Below are positions 1-12,730 of a stretch of DNA of 64,000 nt, one piece after another. How positions within the stretch are numbered: the first letter of the stretch is position 1; each line of letters begins with the position of its first letter. The notes beneath the pieces were generated by a model. The model was not told the origin of the DNA, searched no databases, and saw nothing but the letters and a program-made list of their open reading frames with translations. A program made the translations under genes and the position numbers. This DNA comes from Octopus vulgaris (lineage: Eukaryota): contig OX597819.1 of assembly GCA_951406725.2 (NCBI GenBank), positions 128,774,001-128,838,000 of the forward strand, given 5' to 3'.

Positions 1-407
1 AATATAAATCAAAAGTTTTTTTTTTTAATGCAGTAAAATGATTGGAGAAAGGAAGAACTTTTCTGAAAAGACAATCAATGCCCTCGACACCAAATAATAT
101 ATTTTGTAGTTTTGATATTCTGTGACAGTGCACTGAATAATTCTTACCGTGCGATCTTCCCTCTCCCGTTTTGCAACCTCGTGGTTGATCGGTCTTCCAG
201 AAATAGTGACCTTAATTATGCTCAAAACAGGCCTACGCGTCTTGAAAAAAGAAACAAGATAAATTGAATAATGCATTCCAGTCTTATGCCTGAAATACCT
301 TTCATTATACGTTTCTTCTTTCAAAGCCGAATCGGATCAAATGAAGGATGATGATGAGGATGAGGAGGATGATGATGATGATGATGATGACGATGACGAT
401 GACGATG

Positions 408-438
<31 letters not shown>

Positions 439-1429
439 CGATGACGATTTTTTTTTCTTTATTTGCCCACAGAACAGAAAAACGTAAACGGATAGAAGTT
501 TACAAAATATGGGGGATAAACGAGACAAAATTATATAGACACGAAGATATTTAACAAGTATTTCTCCCTAAAGTTGTGTTCCTCTCACTATCAGGTAGAC
601 GGTACCGTAACCTTCGAACCCCGGTGGATGAATAAGACGCCGGTTTTTTGAACATCGGCTAGTACCTCCATTAAACTCTCTTGTTAACATTAGGAAACCC
701 TTTTCTTTCGTGAAGCCGAAATACACTAGCTTTTTACCATATCCGCTACAGAATAAGTTCTTCGGCAAAGTAGACAGACGGCTACAATTCCGTTTCGGTT
801 TGGAGCGCCTGTATTGAGAATCTCCTGGTTTGAAGCAATTTTTGTAAAACTACTTCCACCCTCGCTCGGCCACGTGTATGTGTCCTTATCAACCTTACTG
901 TTGTTTATCTTTTAATTGCATATGTTTTAGTTAATATTATCACCGTAATATGTCATAAATTACTAGTTTTTCTTCAAGTATGTCTGCTGTTGTCAGCCTT
1001 TTATTTTTTTTGTGTAATACTATTTTGCTTTTCGCGAATGTTTAACTGGGAGTGGTATTTATTTATCTTCTAGCTCTGTGGCGAACACTTATTCCGCTAC
1101 CCCAGTATGAAGAGTTACATTAAAATATGGTTACGCAAAATAATAATTATACTAATGGTTTGAAATTTTGGCACAAGACCAGCAGATTCAGGGGAGGGGT
1201 AATTCGATTACATCGACCCCAGTCTTCAACTGGTACTTATTTTGCCGCCCCTAAAAGGATGAAAGGCAAAGTCGACCTGTGCGGTATTTGAACTCAGAAC
1301 GTAGCGGCAGACAAAATAGAATAAGTGCTAGGCTTACAAAGAATAAGTCCTGAGGTCGATTTGTTCGACTAAATCCCTACAAGGCTGTACTCCAGCATGG
1401 CTGCATTCAAATGAATGAAACTAGTAAAA

Positions 1430-1477
<48 letters not shown>

Positions 1478-1479
<2 letters not shown>

Positions 1480-1792
1480 AGATGTACTCGCATAGCAAGT
1501 GATTTGATCTGAGATCGTGTGCTGAAACGAAAATAATTGCAGCGTGGAAGGTGTTTGTAAGCCATTTAAGAAACACACAAAAGCCGTTCGATTCACTTCA
1601 ACATTTAAGTTTAATTTGTCAAAATATTTTCGTCGCTGAAATCCGCGACCGATGCAGCACGGATTTTTGTCAGTGAACATGTCGCGGTCTTTAAGCGACG
1701 AAAATATTTTGACGAATTAAACTTAAATGTTGAAGTGAATCGAACGGCTTTTGTGTGTTTCTTAAATGGCTTACAAACGCCTTCCACGCTGC

Positions 1793-1796
<4 letters not shown>
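1478..1796. mobile_element. Fold-back hammerhead element, family HH-A (PLE pLTR-like), flanked by (TA)n
   Basis: Inverted arms ~1535-1650 / 1681-1796; (TA)n on both sides; homologous copies at 20075-20411 and 34894-35179. Confidence 0.85.
1666..1716 (+). ncRNA. Type I hammerhead ribozyme, G3:C8 core variant (HH-A)
   Basis: TTTGTCA-GTGAACA-T-GTCGC..GCGAC-GAAA-ATAT-TT-TGACGAA: stems I and II, palindromic stem III AATATT. Confidence 0.7.
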
Positions 1797-1847
<51 letters not shown>

Positions 1848-2488
1848 AACGTCTTTTAAAATGTCTTGTTTGTCTAAATAGAACTGAAATACTGAAAATA
1901 AGCAAATTATCGCATTTTGTTATAATTAGACACCTTACGCAACATAATTTGACAGTCGTAAAGAAGCATAAATGAATTTTAATACATCACAGGACTGAAT
2001 AAAAATTAAAATCTAATTAATTATTGCAATGGTTAAAATATTTAACGGCGCTGCAAAGAATAAATATGTTAATGGTTTAGTTTGTTTCCGCGTGGTTTAA
2101 TTTCAAATTAAAAGTAAAATGAACCACATAGAATTACTTTCGTTAGCTTAAAATGATCCTGTGATAAATGCCATACTTTTCTCTTTAAATATTTCCCACG
2201 AGACTTTTAAGTGTATTTAGATGCATATCTCAGGAGCAACCTAGATTAGGCATCCACAAAATGTTACATCCAAAGCAGAGTACCTCCATTACTTCGATGA
2301 GTTCCCAACAAAGCCATTTGCCGATGCAAATAAAACAACACACGATGGATGGAAACTAAATCTTAAGAAGGTGTTCCCACATTGTCTTAGGTTTTGAAAC
2401 AGCATTAGATTATAATGACCATCTATATAACATTAAATATTAAAAGACACCGTTGATAGATTTAGTATGATATACACATGTTGAAACT

Positions 2489-2523
<35 letters not shown>

Positions 2524-2611
2524 CTTGTGTCCGCGTTCGCTGGTATAAAGGCTAAAATGTACTTGTATTGGCTATCCGTATATATTTACTTGTTAATCTA
2601 CTGCAGCTACA

Positions 2612-2642
<31 letters not shown>

Positions 2643-2899
2643 AGAGAGAAAGAGAGTGAGCAAACAGATAAGAAAGAGAGTGTCATCTGTGTATCACACG
2701 ATGCAAATATGCAAATACATCACGAAAAGCCAAATTAACCGAGGTATTCGTCCGGAGATATCCCTTCTGGATACCCTATTTCAAATAACACAAATATATC
2801 TTACTCCAATAATTGTTGTTGTTGTAGTTGTTGCTGTAATAGTTGATTCTGCAACTCCTGTTGCTACTCTTGTTGTTGCTTTGTTCGTTTGTTTGTTTG

Positions 2900-3263
2900 T
2901 TTGTTGAGCGAAGCGGTCTTCGTCCCATTAGTGGGAGAAGTCCGAAACGTGGTCCTTTGCTATTCGTAAGATCCCGCAGAAGAGAAAGCAGGTCAACCCC
3001 CGACACCGAGAGCATCGACGGATGGCTGAATGCGCATCAAGGCTCAGCGGTTGCGTAGGAAGTCGGGGACAAGAAACAGGAAGAAAGAGTGAGAGAAAGT
3101 TGGAGCGAAAGAGTACAACAGGGGTCACCACCACCACCCCCTGGCGGAGCTACGTGGAGCTTTAGGTGTTTTCGCTCAATAAACACACACAACGCCCGGT
3201 CTGGGAATCGAAACCGCGATCCTCCGACCGCGAGTCCGCTGCCCTAACCATTGGGCGATTGCT
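2900..3263 (-). mobile_element. tRNA-derived SINE, family A head with alternative 3' tail and (CAAA)n end
   Basis: Reverse complement of the family A head (aatcgcccaatggttagggcagcggactcgcgg..gtttcgattccc); tail differs from the 16508 copy. Confidence 0.8.
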
Positions 3264-3387
3264 CTTCCTCTTATTGCTGCTCTTGTTGTTGCTTTTGCAA
3301 CTGTACTATGGGAGCTAATATGCCTTCCATCATTTAACAAGTTGTGTCACGAACAAATTGCAAAATAACCTCGTGAGCTTCGAAGCA

Positions 3388-3659
3388 CTCATCGCCAGAT
3401 GTCGTCACATAATTTGTTAATACAAGTAAAATAACCAGACAACAGTAAAAACAATATAACGAACTAACAAATCTCTTTACGAACCAGCAATCAATATTCC
3501 TTGTGAACTGACCAACCGACAACATCCAACTTCACTGCGAACTAACACGAAATTGGAACACTGAACTTTTGAACTGAACTCCTACATATCATTACTATAT
3601 ATACTTTATTCGGACCAGTCTATCTCTCGAAAGGGAACGTCGTAACTCTCATCACAACA
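3388..3659 (-). mobile_element. Putative Gypsy-like LTR with primer-binding site
   Basis: Minus strand TGTTGTGA...TGACGACA termini, then TC-TGGCGATGAG (PBS-like). Confidence 0.45.
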
Positions 3660-4084
3660 CTTATAAACCTTATAAGCAAGTGTGGCCCACTTCCATTGAA
3701 TCAGTTTTTCCCCTGGATTGCATTTAGAATAGAAAATAAGTAGAAAATAGACATGAAATGGAATGCCTGGGTAATAGTAACTTTTTTATTATTAAAACAT
3801 TATTAAAGCATTATTGAAACAGTTATATTATTTTCCTAAACTTAATAGTAAGAATTTCAGCTAATTCTATTAATTCAGTTTAATGAAGAACACTATTTTA
3901 AGAGAATGTAGACGCTTTTAAACAAAAGACGAAAATTAATTAAAAGGGTATATGTGCTACTATTATTAGAATGCCCCAAAGATATTTTAGTAGATGCCTT
4001 CGCTTGTGAAGGCATTAAAAAGGAATTCTATATGGCAGCTTTGTAAATTAGTATAGTTTCTAATTAGTATGGTTTCTCATTTTT

Positions 4085-4445
4085 TTAATGCAGATGACGT
4101 AGGCTCTTAAATGCTAATTTAGTGAATATTTGATATGATAGTGGCTAAATATGTAACATTTCTCCAAGCAATTCCCGTAGCCTGAGCATACACTATACGA
4201 GTGAATATGGCATTTCTGTTCTCAGCTGTATTCATATTATTTAATAATTCTTTATTAATATTTTTGTAATTATCCATGGATTTTGCTGTGCTGACGAAGT
4301 TCGTAATACTATGTTGTAATCAAGATGTTTCTGCACTTGTGTTGTGGAGGAAAATGACCTTTTAACATGTTGAGATATTCGTTTTTTGACGTTTGTCGAT
4401 AATGGAGGATTGTACCACACGGTTTTTATGATTGTGATCATCTTT
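4085..4445 (-). mobile_element. Degenerate Penelope-like element ORF fragment
   Basis: Translation VWYNPPLSTNVKKRI resembles the PLE WFNPPYS.NV.T.I linker motif. Confidence 0.55.
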
Positions 4446-5867
4446 TATAATTACTGTTCTATACGTAACCATTGTGTGTTACTACATACGATCGCTGTTC
4501 CATAATCAAAACATATGTAATCATATTTAAAGTTTAAAAACAAATTTAGACACTGTTACTCATTGTTCCATGTAACCGATCATCAGACAGTCAAGAGTTT
4601 TTTTTTTAACAATTTGATGGTTTTTAGGTGTTGAAATATGGTGCAATAATAATTACTTAGTAACTCATCAAATATAAACATTTTAAAATGTTTGGACAGG
4701 GATTTGTTACTTTTCGAAATAACAAGAATCTATCAGATGAAAACAAACAGTCGAAAATAAAATGTAAATCGAATGATATGGAAACATGTATAATAATTTC
4801 AGCAAAGGAAATTGTATAGAAATCAAATAAGTTTGGAAAAAAAAAGTATGCCGGAAAAATAGATATTAAAATGGAAAATTAGACAAGGACAAGTGAGTAT
4901 CGCGAAAAAGAAGCAAATAGATATATAAATAAATTCATAAGCTTGCAGTAAAGAAAGGAAAGCGGAGGGTCCATAGCAGGCAGGACAGAAAAGAAAACGT
5001 TGAAGACAAAAAGGAAGGAAAATCGGAAAAGAGGAAAGAAATAAAAAAGATGGCGGCCGAGTTAGAAGATACTAGAAATTATGTTAAAGAATTTGTATCT
5101 AATATGGATAAACAAGTAGAAAACATTGGTGAGAGAAAAGCGATTGGAAAGCATGAATTATATTGAGGAATCAGACAGCGAGAGATCTAAAGATATTATT
5201 ACTAAAGGAAGCGGGGGAGGAAAAAAACAACAACCCGCAGATACAGAAAATAGGCCGATCAAAATAAAACGGAAGCAATCCAATTCCGAAATATGTAAGG
5301 ACACAAAAAAATGTATCTGGGGATATGTAAAAAAAAAATTCTATTAATTCAGAGTATGAGTGGTAATTAAAAAAAATAGTAATAAAATAAAGTACAATGA
5401 TATAATATAATAAAAGAGTGTATAACATACATCATAGTCGATACAAGGCCATATTAAGTGTAAAAGCATGAAGATAACATCAACAAATTCTTATAAAATT
5501 TTATTTGGATCGAATGCGAAAGTCGGAAAGAAATGATTTGAATTCAAAATTACAAAACCTAGCAAAATACGTCCATGACATTCGAAGTTATGGCAGAAAC
5601 AGTGAAACATAAGTAAAATCAGAAATGGCAATATATAATAGATCAGTACACCAATCGTTCGATAACAAAGGCGTTGAAATCAGAAACTTCGAAAACTCCC
5701 TACAACAGTTCAATAACTGAAACTTGCGGCTGAAGGCCGAGGTCAAAATATTGCTCATGTAGTGACACGTATTCCCATGCGGTGCATGCCTGTATGGGCT
5801 TGCTCTTTCCTAGATAGATTATTGGATTTTGTAAGAGTCAGAACCATTTCCTTTCAAATGCCACACC

Positions 5868-6200
5868 TCATCATCATCGTTTAACGTCTGCTTTCCATGC
5901 TAGCGTGGGTTGGACGATTTGACTGAGGGCTGGCGAACCAGATGGCTGCACCAGGCTCCAATCTTGATATGGCAGAGTTTCTACAGCTGGATGCCCTTCC
6001 TAACGCCAACCACTCCGAGAGTGTAGTGGGTGCTTTTTACATGCCACCAGCACGGGGGCCACTCAGGCGGTACTGGCAATGACCTCGCTCGAATCTTTTT
6101 ACACGTGCCACCAGCACAGGTGAAGCGACGTTGGTAACGATCACGCTCGAATGGTGCCCTTTTACGTGCCACTGGCACGGAAGCCAGTTGGCTGCTCTGT
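5868..6200 (-). mobile_element. SINE with RTE-like 3' tail ending in (ATG)n
   Basis: catcatcatcgtttaacgtc..ggatgcccttcctaacgccaacc..; internal tttacrtgccac subrepeats. Confidence 0.65.
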
Positions 6201-6399
6201 TTTCCGGGTATTTGTATTTAAAGGAATTCTGGGGTACATAAAATCTCACCTTGAAGATGTTTCTCCACGGTTTCTGTGTAAGTTTTATATGTAGGATTAT
6301 TATCGACCGGGCGTAGCCGTAGGTGCGGTCTTCTTTCCATATTAGAAATACTTATACTGTAGCATCATACTACAATACACACATACATACACACACACA

Positions 6400-6548
6400 C
6401 ATACATACATACATACATACATACATACATACATACATACATACATACATACATACATACATACATACATACCTACATACATACATACATACCTACATAC
6501 ATACATACATACATACATACATACATACATACATACATACATACATAC
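6400..6548. repeat. (TACA)n microsatellite
   Basis: Direct reading. Confidence 0.95.
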
Positions 6549-6549
6549 A

Positions 6550-7170
6550 AGTACTATTCCAAACGAAAATAAAAATAAATGCTATTCCATTTGTAGTCTC
6601 CCGTAATCCTAGGATCCCCAACATTCTACATTCAGCCAAACGATGCTTCTTAATCCCACATCAATCGTCAAATCTCCAACAAATAATTTTAAAAAATCAG
6701 AAATTATCAACAGCTGAAGACAACCACCAAATTTCAAGAGACTTTTGACAGAGGCGAGATTCACATCGGAGAAAAAAATAATGCAAGCAACAAAATGTGG
6801 AAACCTTTGTTGTGGGACATGTGAAATAATTGAGCAAGGAACAGCCAAAAGATTCAAAAGAGGGAGGGAACTGAAAGTGAACGCAAACATAAATTGCAAA
6901 ACAAGAAATCTCATGTACTTGCATGGCAAGCCCACAAACAGTGAGAATTACATTGGAGAAAAAGGGAGAAAACTATCCAACCGTGTAAACGTGCATAAAC
7001 AAACAATCGAAGATTCATCTCTAAGAAATGTTCCTGATAGGAAACTTCTAGACATTTGTGCAAATGGAAAATTTTAAATATTTTACAAAATTAAAGATGA
7101 AAATAATCAACAACATTAGGCAAAAGAAGAATAGTTTGTAAGAATTCTAAATCCAAAATTAAACAAAGGA
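6550..7170 (+). mobile_element. Penelope-like element 3' ORF remnant (Cys-rich linker + GIY-YIG endonuclease)
   Basis: IPFVVSRNPRIPNI, KCGNLCCGTC, NCKTRNLMY..YIGE..L.NR.N.H, KEE*FVRILNPKLN; frameshifted. Confidence 0.85.
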
Positions 7171-7380
7171 AAGTCGACTTTTAAATACTTAACATTCAAA
7201 ATAGACAACAATTTAAAATTACCCCCTTTTGGAAAAATATAAGATGAAAATGATCAAATACAAAAGACAACAGGATACTTTATTTAAAAAAAGATATATT
7301 TCTTAATCTGAAACTATATATATATATATATATGGCATATGAGGAGTTTAAGGCAAAGTAACCTATATATATATTTGAAG

Positions 7381-7420
<40 letters not shown>

Positions 7421-7716
7421 TATATACACACATACACATATAAAACAAACGTGGGTGTGTATACATGGCACATGTATTGATGTTGACTTATCCTTTAACC
7501 GGGCCCACTGTGTTTCGACCTGCGGTCATCTCGTGTTGTGTGTGTAAGAGAGAGAAAGAGAGAGAGAGAGAAAGAGGGAGGGAAAGAGAGGGAGAGAGAA
7601 AGAGGGAGGGAGGGATGGAGAGAGAAAGAGAGAGAAAGAAGGAAAGAAAGAAAGGGAGAAACAGAGAGGCAGAGTAAGACAGAGAGAGATAAGAAATATA
7701 TTTGTTGGAAACTTCA

Positions 7717-7822
<106 letters not shown>

Positions 7823-8641
7823 ATGTATGTGTGGATGGCTGGCTGGCTGGCTGGATGGATGGATGGATGGATGTATATATTTATGTAGGAATACAATACA
7901 TGAAATCAGAAGAGATCTGGCCTCGAAATATTTTTGGCTTTTTTGCTGAAATGTTAGATATCGCGGTTTGCTGTGGATTTGATAGGGGTCAAATCTCAGC
8001 AAAAGAAGGAAACCAGGTCAAGATAATTCGCTTATTTCAAAAAAAAAAAAAAAAAAAAGATCAAATGTCTTAAGTGTTTTATCTGGAATTTAACAGTTCT
8101 CAAAGGAGAAGTGTTTTAATTCTCATAGGCGCGCGCACGCAACTTGCACACACACACACACACATACACACAATCCTCTTCGACATTTTTGCTCATATAC
8201 GAGTGTATACACACGTATTCCGTCTCCATTTTTCTTTCTATCACTCACAAATATGAAATGACTTGGATACATGAATATGGGAATGATTGCTCAGCGACGT
8301 ACGCACCCTCCTCCCCCACACACATTCATACAGGTACGCGCACACGCACACACAATGATACGCACATACACTCACACTAACGCAACCATATGTAATCACT
8401 ATTCTTTTGATTTCCCATAGTTTACTCTCCGACATACTCATAGACATGCAAATTTGCACTCAGAGTGAGTTTGGCATTCACATGCACATACTCACAAATA
8501 CAAGCGTACAGATTATCAAAAATGCATATAATCACACCCACGAATGCGTATTGGAGATACACATACACACATACTGTCTGTGCTGTCTGTCTGTCTGTCT
8601 CTATGAGTTTTCTGTCCTATACTCTCTCTCTTTCTCTCTCA

Positions 8642-8678
<37 letters not shown>

Positions 8679-8739
8679 ACGTACACATACGCATGTTCTT
8701 TTACTCCTTTATCCGTTTCAGCCATGCTGGAGCACCACC

Positions 8740-8800
<61 letters not shown>

Positions 8801-8802
<2 letters not shown>

Positions 8803-9703
8803 AATTTAGGGACGATACAACCTCGAGACAAAGAATAAGTAAAGAAAATCTCTTTATTACAAAATACAAGCCACTTCTTAACGGGTCTACGACAAACAAT
8901 TAATATACCTCAACTTTAGAATAAAAGAAAAAAATATATATACACACACAAATACTACACTCCATAGAATCCATTACTAATCAGCCCCTTCATAGCTATA
9001 TTTACACCCATTCATATTCTCCCTTCTCTGTTTTTTTCTTCTTCTTCTTCTTCATCATCATCGTTATCATCATCATCGGCGTCATCATCATCACCACCAT
9101 CTTCTCCTTCTCCTTCTTCTTCTTCTTCTTCTTCTTCTTCTTCTTCTTCTTCTTCTTCTTCTTCTTCTTCTTCATCATCGTTATCATCATCATCGTCGTC
9201 ATAATCATCACCACCATCACCATCATCTTCTCCTTCTCCTTCTTCTTCTTCTTCTTCTTCTTCTTCTTCTTCTTCTTCTTCTCCCCCCTACCCCTTAAGT
9301 TTGTCACTAATGTTTTTTAGTATAACACCTACGCTAATTCTATAAACAATCCTGAATTGAACTGAGACTGCCAGCCGCCACTGACCATTCAAAATACGAC
9401 CATCAGGGCACTCCCAGATTCTCCCACCCCCTTTCCTCACCAGCCTTCCCTCTACTACCCTACCAAGAACTCACAACTACCTCGAACACACAAGTGCAAA
9501 CAAGGGAGTCAGAGAAAGGCAGAATGCCACTTAAATCTGAACACTACTATAGAAATATTCTTTTAAAAAAACTTTTCTTCTAATTTTTCTAAATTTAATT
9601 ATTTAATCGTTACAGTTGAAAAGGTCTCAAAATGACCGAAACCGGTACTGAAATGTTCACTATAAAATTATTTTAGCATTTTCTATTTTTTACTTGTTTT
9701 TTC
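8801..9703 (+). mobile_element. 5'-truncated Penelope-like element: GIY-YIG C-terminus, 3' region with (TTC)/(ATC) repeats and a hammerhead
   Basis: 8823-8903 reads SRQRISKENLFITKYKPLLNGSTTNN*; hammerhead at 9613; (TA)n on both sides. Confidence 0.75.
9613..9650 (+). ncRNA. Minimal type I hammerhead, U3:A8 core variant
   Basis: CAG-TTGAAAA-GGTC-tcaaaat-GACC-GAAA-CCGG-TA-CTG; palindromic stem III ACCGGT; GUA cleavage triplet. Confidence 0.75.
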
Positions 9704-9728
9704 ATATATATATATATATATATATATA

Positions 9729-9920
9729 TGGATCAAAACAGTTTGACTCAAATTCATTGGTACTCTTGAATTTCAAGCAATCATTCGCATATTCATATAT
9801 TTATGTGTCTAAGACAGTTCAAGAGTATCAACGAATTTGAATCAAACTGTTTTGATCCAAACATGTAACTCCCGATAAATTGATTGAGTGCCTTTCTTTC
9901 GTTTGTCCACTCACTCGTGC
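9729..9920. mobile_element. Small fold-back element next to TA tract (no ribozyme core found)
   Basis: Arms 9729-9770 / 9818-9859 plus a unique tail. Confidence 0.6.
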
Positions 9921-9963
9921 GTGTGTGTATATATATATATATATACATACACATATATATATA

Positions 9964-11220
9964 CTGTTGTAGTTGGGGATGGTCATGTTGCTAATAAAAA
10001 CACACGCACTATAATTCTGGTGTTCATTTGCTTCGGCTTTATTTTATATTAATCGTATTTCGGCCGGAGTTCTTTCGTCACACTTCTGTGACCTCATCAG
10101 TGGTCCTTTGCTTTCTTCTTTCTTTTTTGTGTCTTTCCTTACTAATGATCAGCCTTTTTGTATTCCTATTGTATGTGTCTTTATTTGCGCATGCGTATAC
10201 CTCTGTGTGTGTCTATGTTTTTAGTAAGAGTGTGAGTGGGGAGGGTGGGAATGTGCTTGTATTATCAGAATCCACTGTCTATATACGTTCGTTTAATTTC
10301 TTTTTATTTATTTTTTTCATGTGTTTATATCTACTTATTTTTTCTATTCTTCCTTTTTTTGTATTTAATTTAATTTATTTTGTTAATGTATATAGTTATT
10401 TAATTAATTTGCTTATCTGTGTATTGTATTGTATTCATATCGTTATCAGTTTATGGGGATCTTATTCTGTCATAGCTTGTGGTGTGTTGGGGTGTGTGCT
10501 AGTGTTCCATTCTAGTTTCCTATTCAGGCTAGCTTTATCTTCTATTATGTGTGTAGCTTCTGTAATTTGTCTGATTGTTGCGTCTGTTCTATGTGTAAAC
10601 ATGATTTTAACTTCTATGTTGCTGAGCGAGCCCCCTGTTCTTGCTCGGCATGCTGGTACAGAACCGATGAGCTATTTTCCTCCAATGCTCATTTACCCGC
10701 TCTCCTATGCTCCGTGCTATTTCCCCTACGTACGTCGTCGTCTTGTTACTTCACCGTCCCTCTGTAATCTTATACTATAGACTACATTCCTGGCTTTACA
10801 GTTTGTGGGCTAAATCTATATACTGTACAGTTCCTATCAGTACAGGGGTTCTACTAAAAGGGTAGCTTCTACAGATTAGGGATTTGATGGAGTTGCCTGG
10901 CCTTTCAACAACCTTAATTCTTAGCTTAGGTTTGTCTAGGGCCCTTCTAAAGCGGTACGCCTGTTTGCCTCTAGGGGTGGTGTCGATGAACATGACACTC
11001 TAATATTTTTGGCTATCATACCATGAGTTGGCCTTCCCTATTTTCTTCTTAGTCCTTTCAATAGTGTTCCATGACTTGCTCCTATAGAGTGGGCAAATCC
11101 CATTCCTATCGTTACGTATGATAGTTTCAAATTTCCTCGTGGATCCTTTGTATACTCTGATCCTTTATCTATGGCTGTATCCTGAGAACTGAATGCGGTG
11201 AACGAAATGTTGACACATAC
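9964..11220 (-). mobile_element. Penelope-like element 3' portion (RT thumb/linker, GIY-YIG, pLTR with hammerhead)
   Basis: Minus-strand frameshifted translation: IKVVERPGNSIKSLI, RNVVYSI, YVGEIARSIGERVNEHW. Confidence 0.85.
10062..10106 (-). ncRNA. Type I hammerhead, canonical core, stem I degenerate
   Basis: GGACCA-CTGATGA-G-GTCAC-agaagt-GTGAC-GAAA-GAAC-TC-CGGCC. Confidence 0.65.
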
Positions 11221-11329
11221 AGAAAATGTTCTTGTTGATTTTTTTTATTTATGAATTTTGTTCCTAAAAAAATCATTACAATAATCATACAATCTACGTT
11301 TTAAATTTAATTTTTAGTTACAATTCCTC

Positions 11330-12310
11330 TGAATTTTGCATTTTAATTTTTTTACATGTTCTCCATAAATATAAAACAATGTCAGGCAATTTGGGAGGAA
11401 ATTTAGTATGTCTTTTTGTAATGATGTTGTCCCTGATTTCATGCCAATTATCATCTCCAGTTTTAATCAGTGTGGTATAATGACCTGCTCTAGATGTTGG
11501 TCCTCTATGATCAACTGTGGCTTTTAGAGTAAAATTTATGCCAATTATTTGCTGCGTTTCTGAACTGAAGTTCATTATATCACATTTGATACTTTCTTCC
11601 AAATTAATATTTTGATTAATTAAAAAATCTATTAATTTGAATAACAAGATATTTGAATTCAGGATGAAATTCAATTCTGGAAGTAATTTCATGTTTAGTA
11701 TTGAGTGAACATGTTTCACAACTTTTTGTAAGTGAATATGTTGTGGTTTTAGTAATCAAAATTTTAAATTGTTGAGGACCATTCGTTGGTTGCAAAAACA
11801 ATTCTTCTTTCAGGTAGTTGTGATTGTCTACTACAACCAGGAGTTGTATTGCAGTTGCAAATTTCATTTATAAAAGATGTTGCAAGTATGTTGATGCAAT
11901 CTAATGCATCTAGCAGTGTCATATTTGATGAATGTAAACTTTTGTTGAAATTCCATTTCAAAACGAAGAGATATTTCTTTCCAAAATTCTTGAGCACATC
12001 GTTGAATTCCATCATTAAATCTTCCACAATTATCCTTTTTAAATTTGCGACAGTGTTTTGATTATGATAAAGAATATTTGAGCGCATGATTTTGGTAGGG
12101 GGTTACTTTAGCTGCTATTTTTAGCGTGTCGAATGACCAGGAAGAGGCTATTTCATTAGTTCGATTGCATGATGAGATTCTTTTACACATATATGTAATA
12201 TGTATATATACATCATCGGCAGAAGTTAGAGAGTAGGTCAAAAGCTGAGAGTTTCGTGTAATGGCACTTATCAAACACGAATTTGTCCATCGTCACTCTG
12301 TAACTTCAAA
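11330..12310 (-). pseudogene. Intronless frameshifted ubiquitin-specific protease (C19/USP-like) relic
   Basis: Motifs in order across frames: TNSCLISAI (Cys box), LLDALDCINIL, C-x-C, CETC..PEFKYLVIQINRF, LKATVDHRGPTSRAGHYTT..WHEIRD (His/Asp box). Confidence 0.75.
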
Positions 12311-12319
12311 CGAAATAGC

Positions 12320-12730
12320 TTCTAAAATACAAAGTTTTGTCCAAAGCGTTAAGAGTAAACCCTGTTCTATGTAACACATTCTACCAATATCGGAAGTTTG
12401 AAAGTGTTTAGTTAAAAAAAATCAATTAAATAATCTGTACGTCTAATTGAATAGATCCAAAATGGATGAAAGCAAACTCGACCTCGACGGAATTTGAATT
12501 CAGAACGTAAAGACAGACGAAATACCGCTTCTAAAATACGAAATATTTTCAAAAGCGTTAAGAGTAAACCCTGTTCTATGTGACAGAAAGTGTTTAGTTA
12601 AAAAAAAAATTAATGAAATAATTTGTACGTCAGAGCCGACCTCGGCGAAATTTGAACGCAAAAAACGTAAGAACAGACGAAATACAGTTAAGCATGTCGC
12701 GCTAACATTTCCGCCAGCTAGTCGCCATAC
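12320..12730. repeat. Imperfect tandem duplication (~210 bp unit) including SINE-B fragments
   Basis: ttctaaaatac..aagcgttaagagtaaaccctgttctatgt..gtttagttaaaa..tgtacgtc at ~12320 and ~12529. Confidence 0.75.

Noticed and set aside
25-900. Minus-strand ORFs with faint similarity to a LINE AP-endonuclease
   Set aside because: Motifs too weak to support by eye
4545-4595. Minus-strand CTGATGA followed by a GTTAC/GTAAC stem
   Set aside because: GAAA and the cleavage segment are missing
10028-10780. 250-aa hydrophobic ORF that looks like a membrane protein
   Set aside because: Antisense of an A-rich Penelope 3' region; the GIY-YIG motifs are on the minus strand
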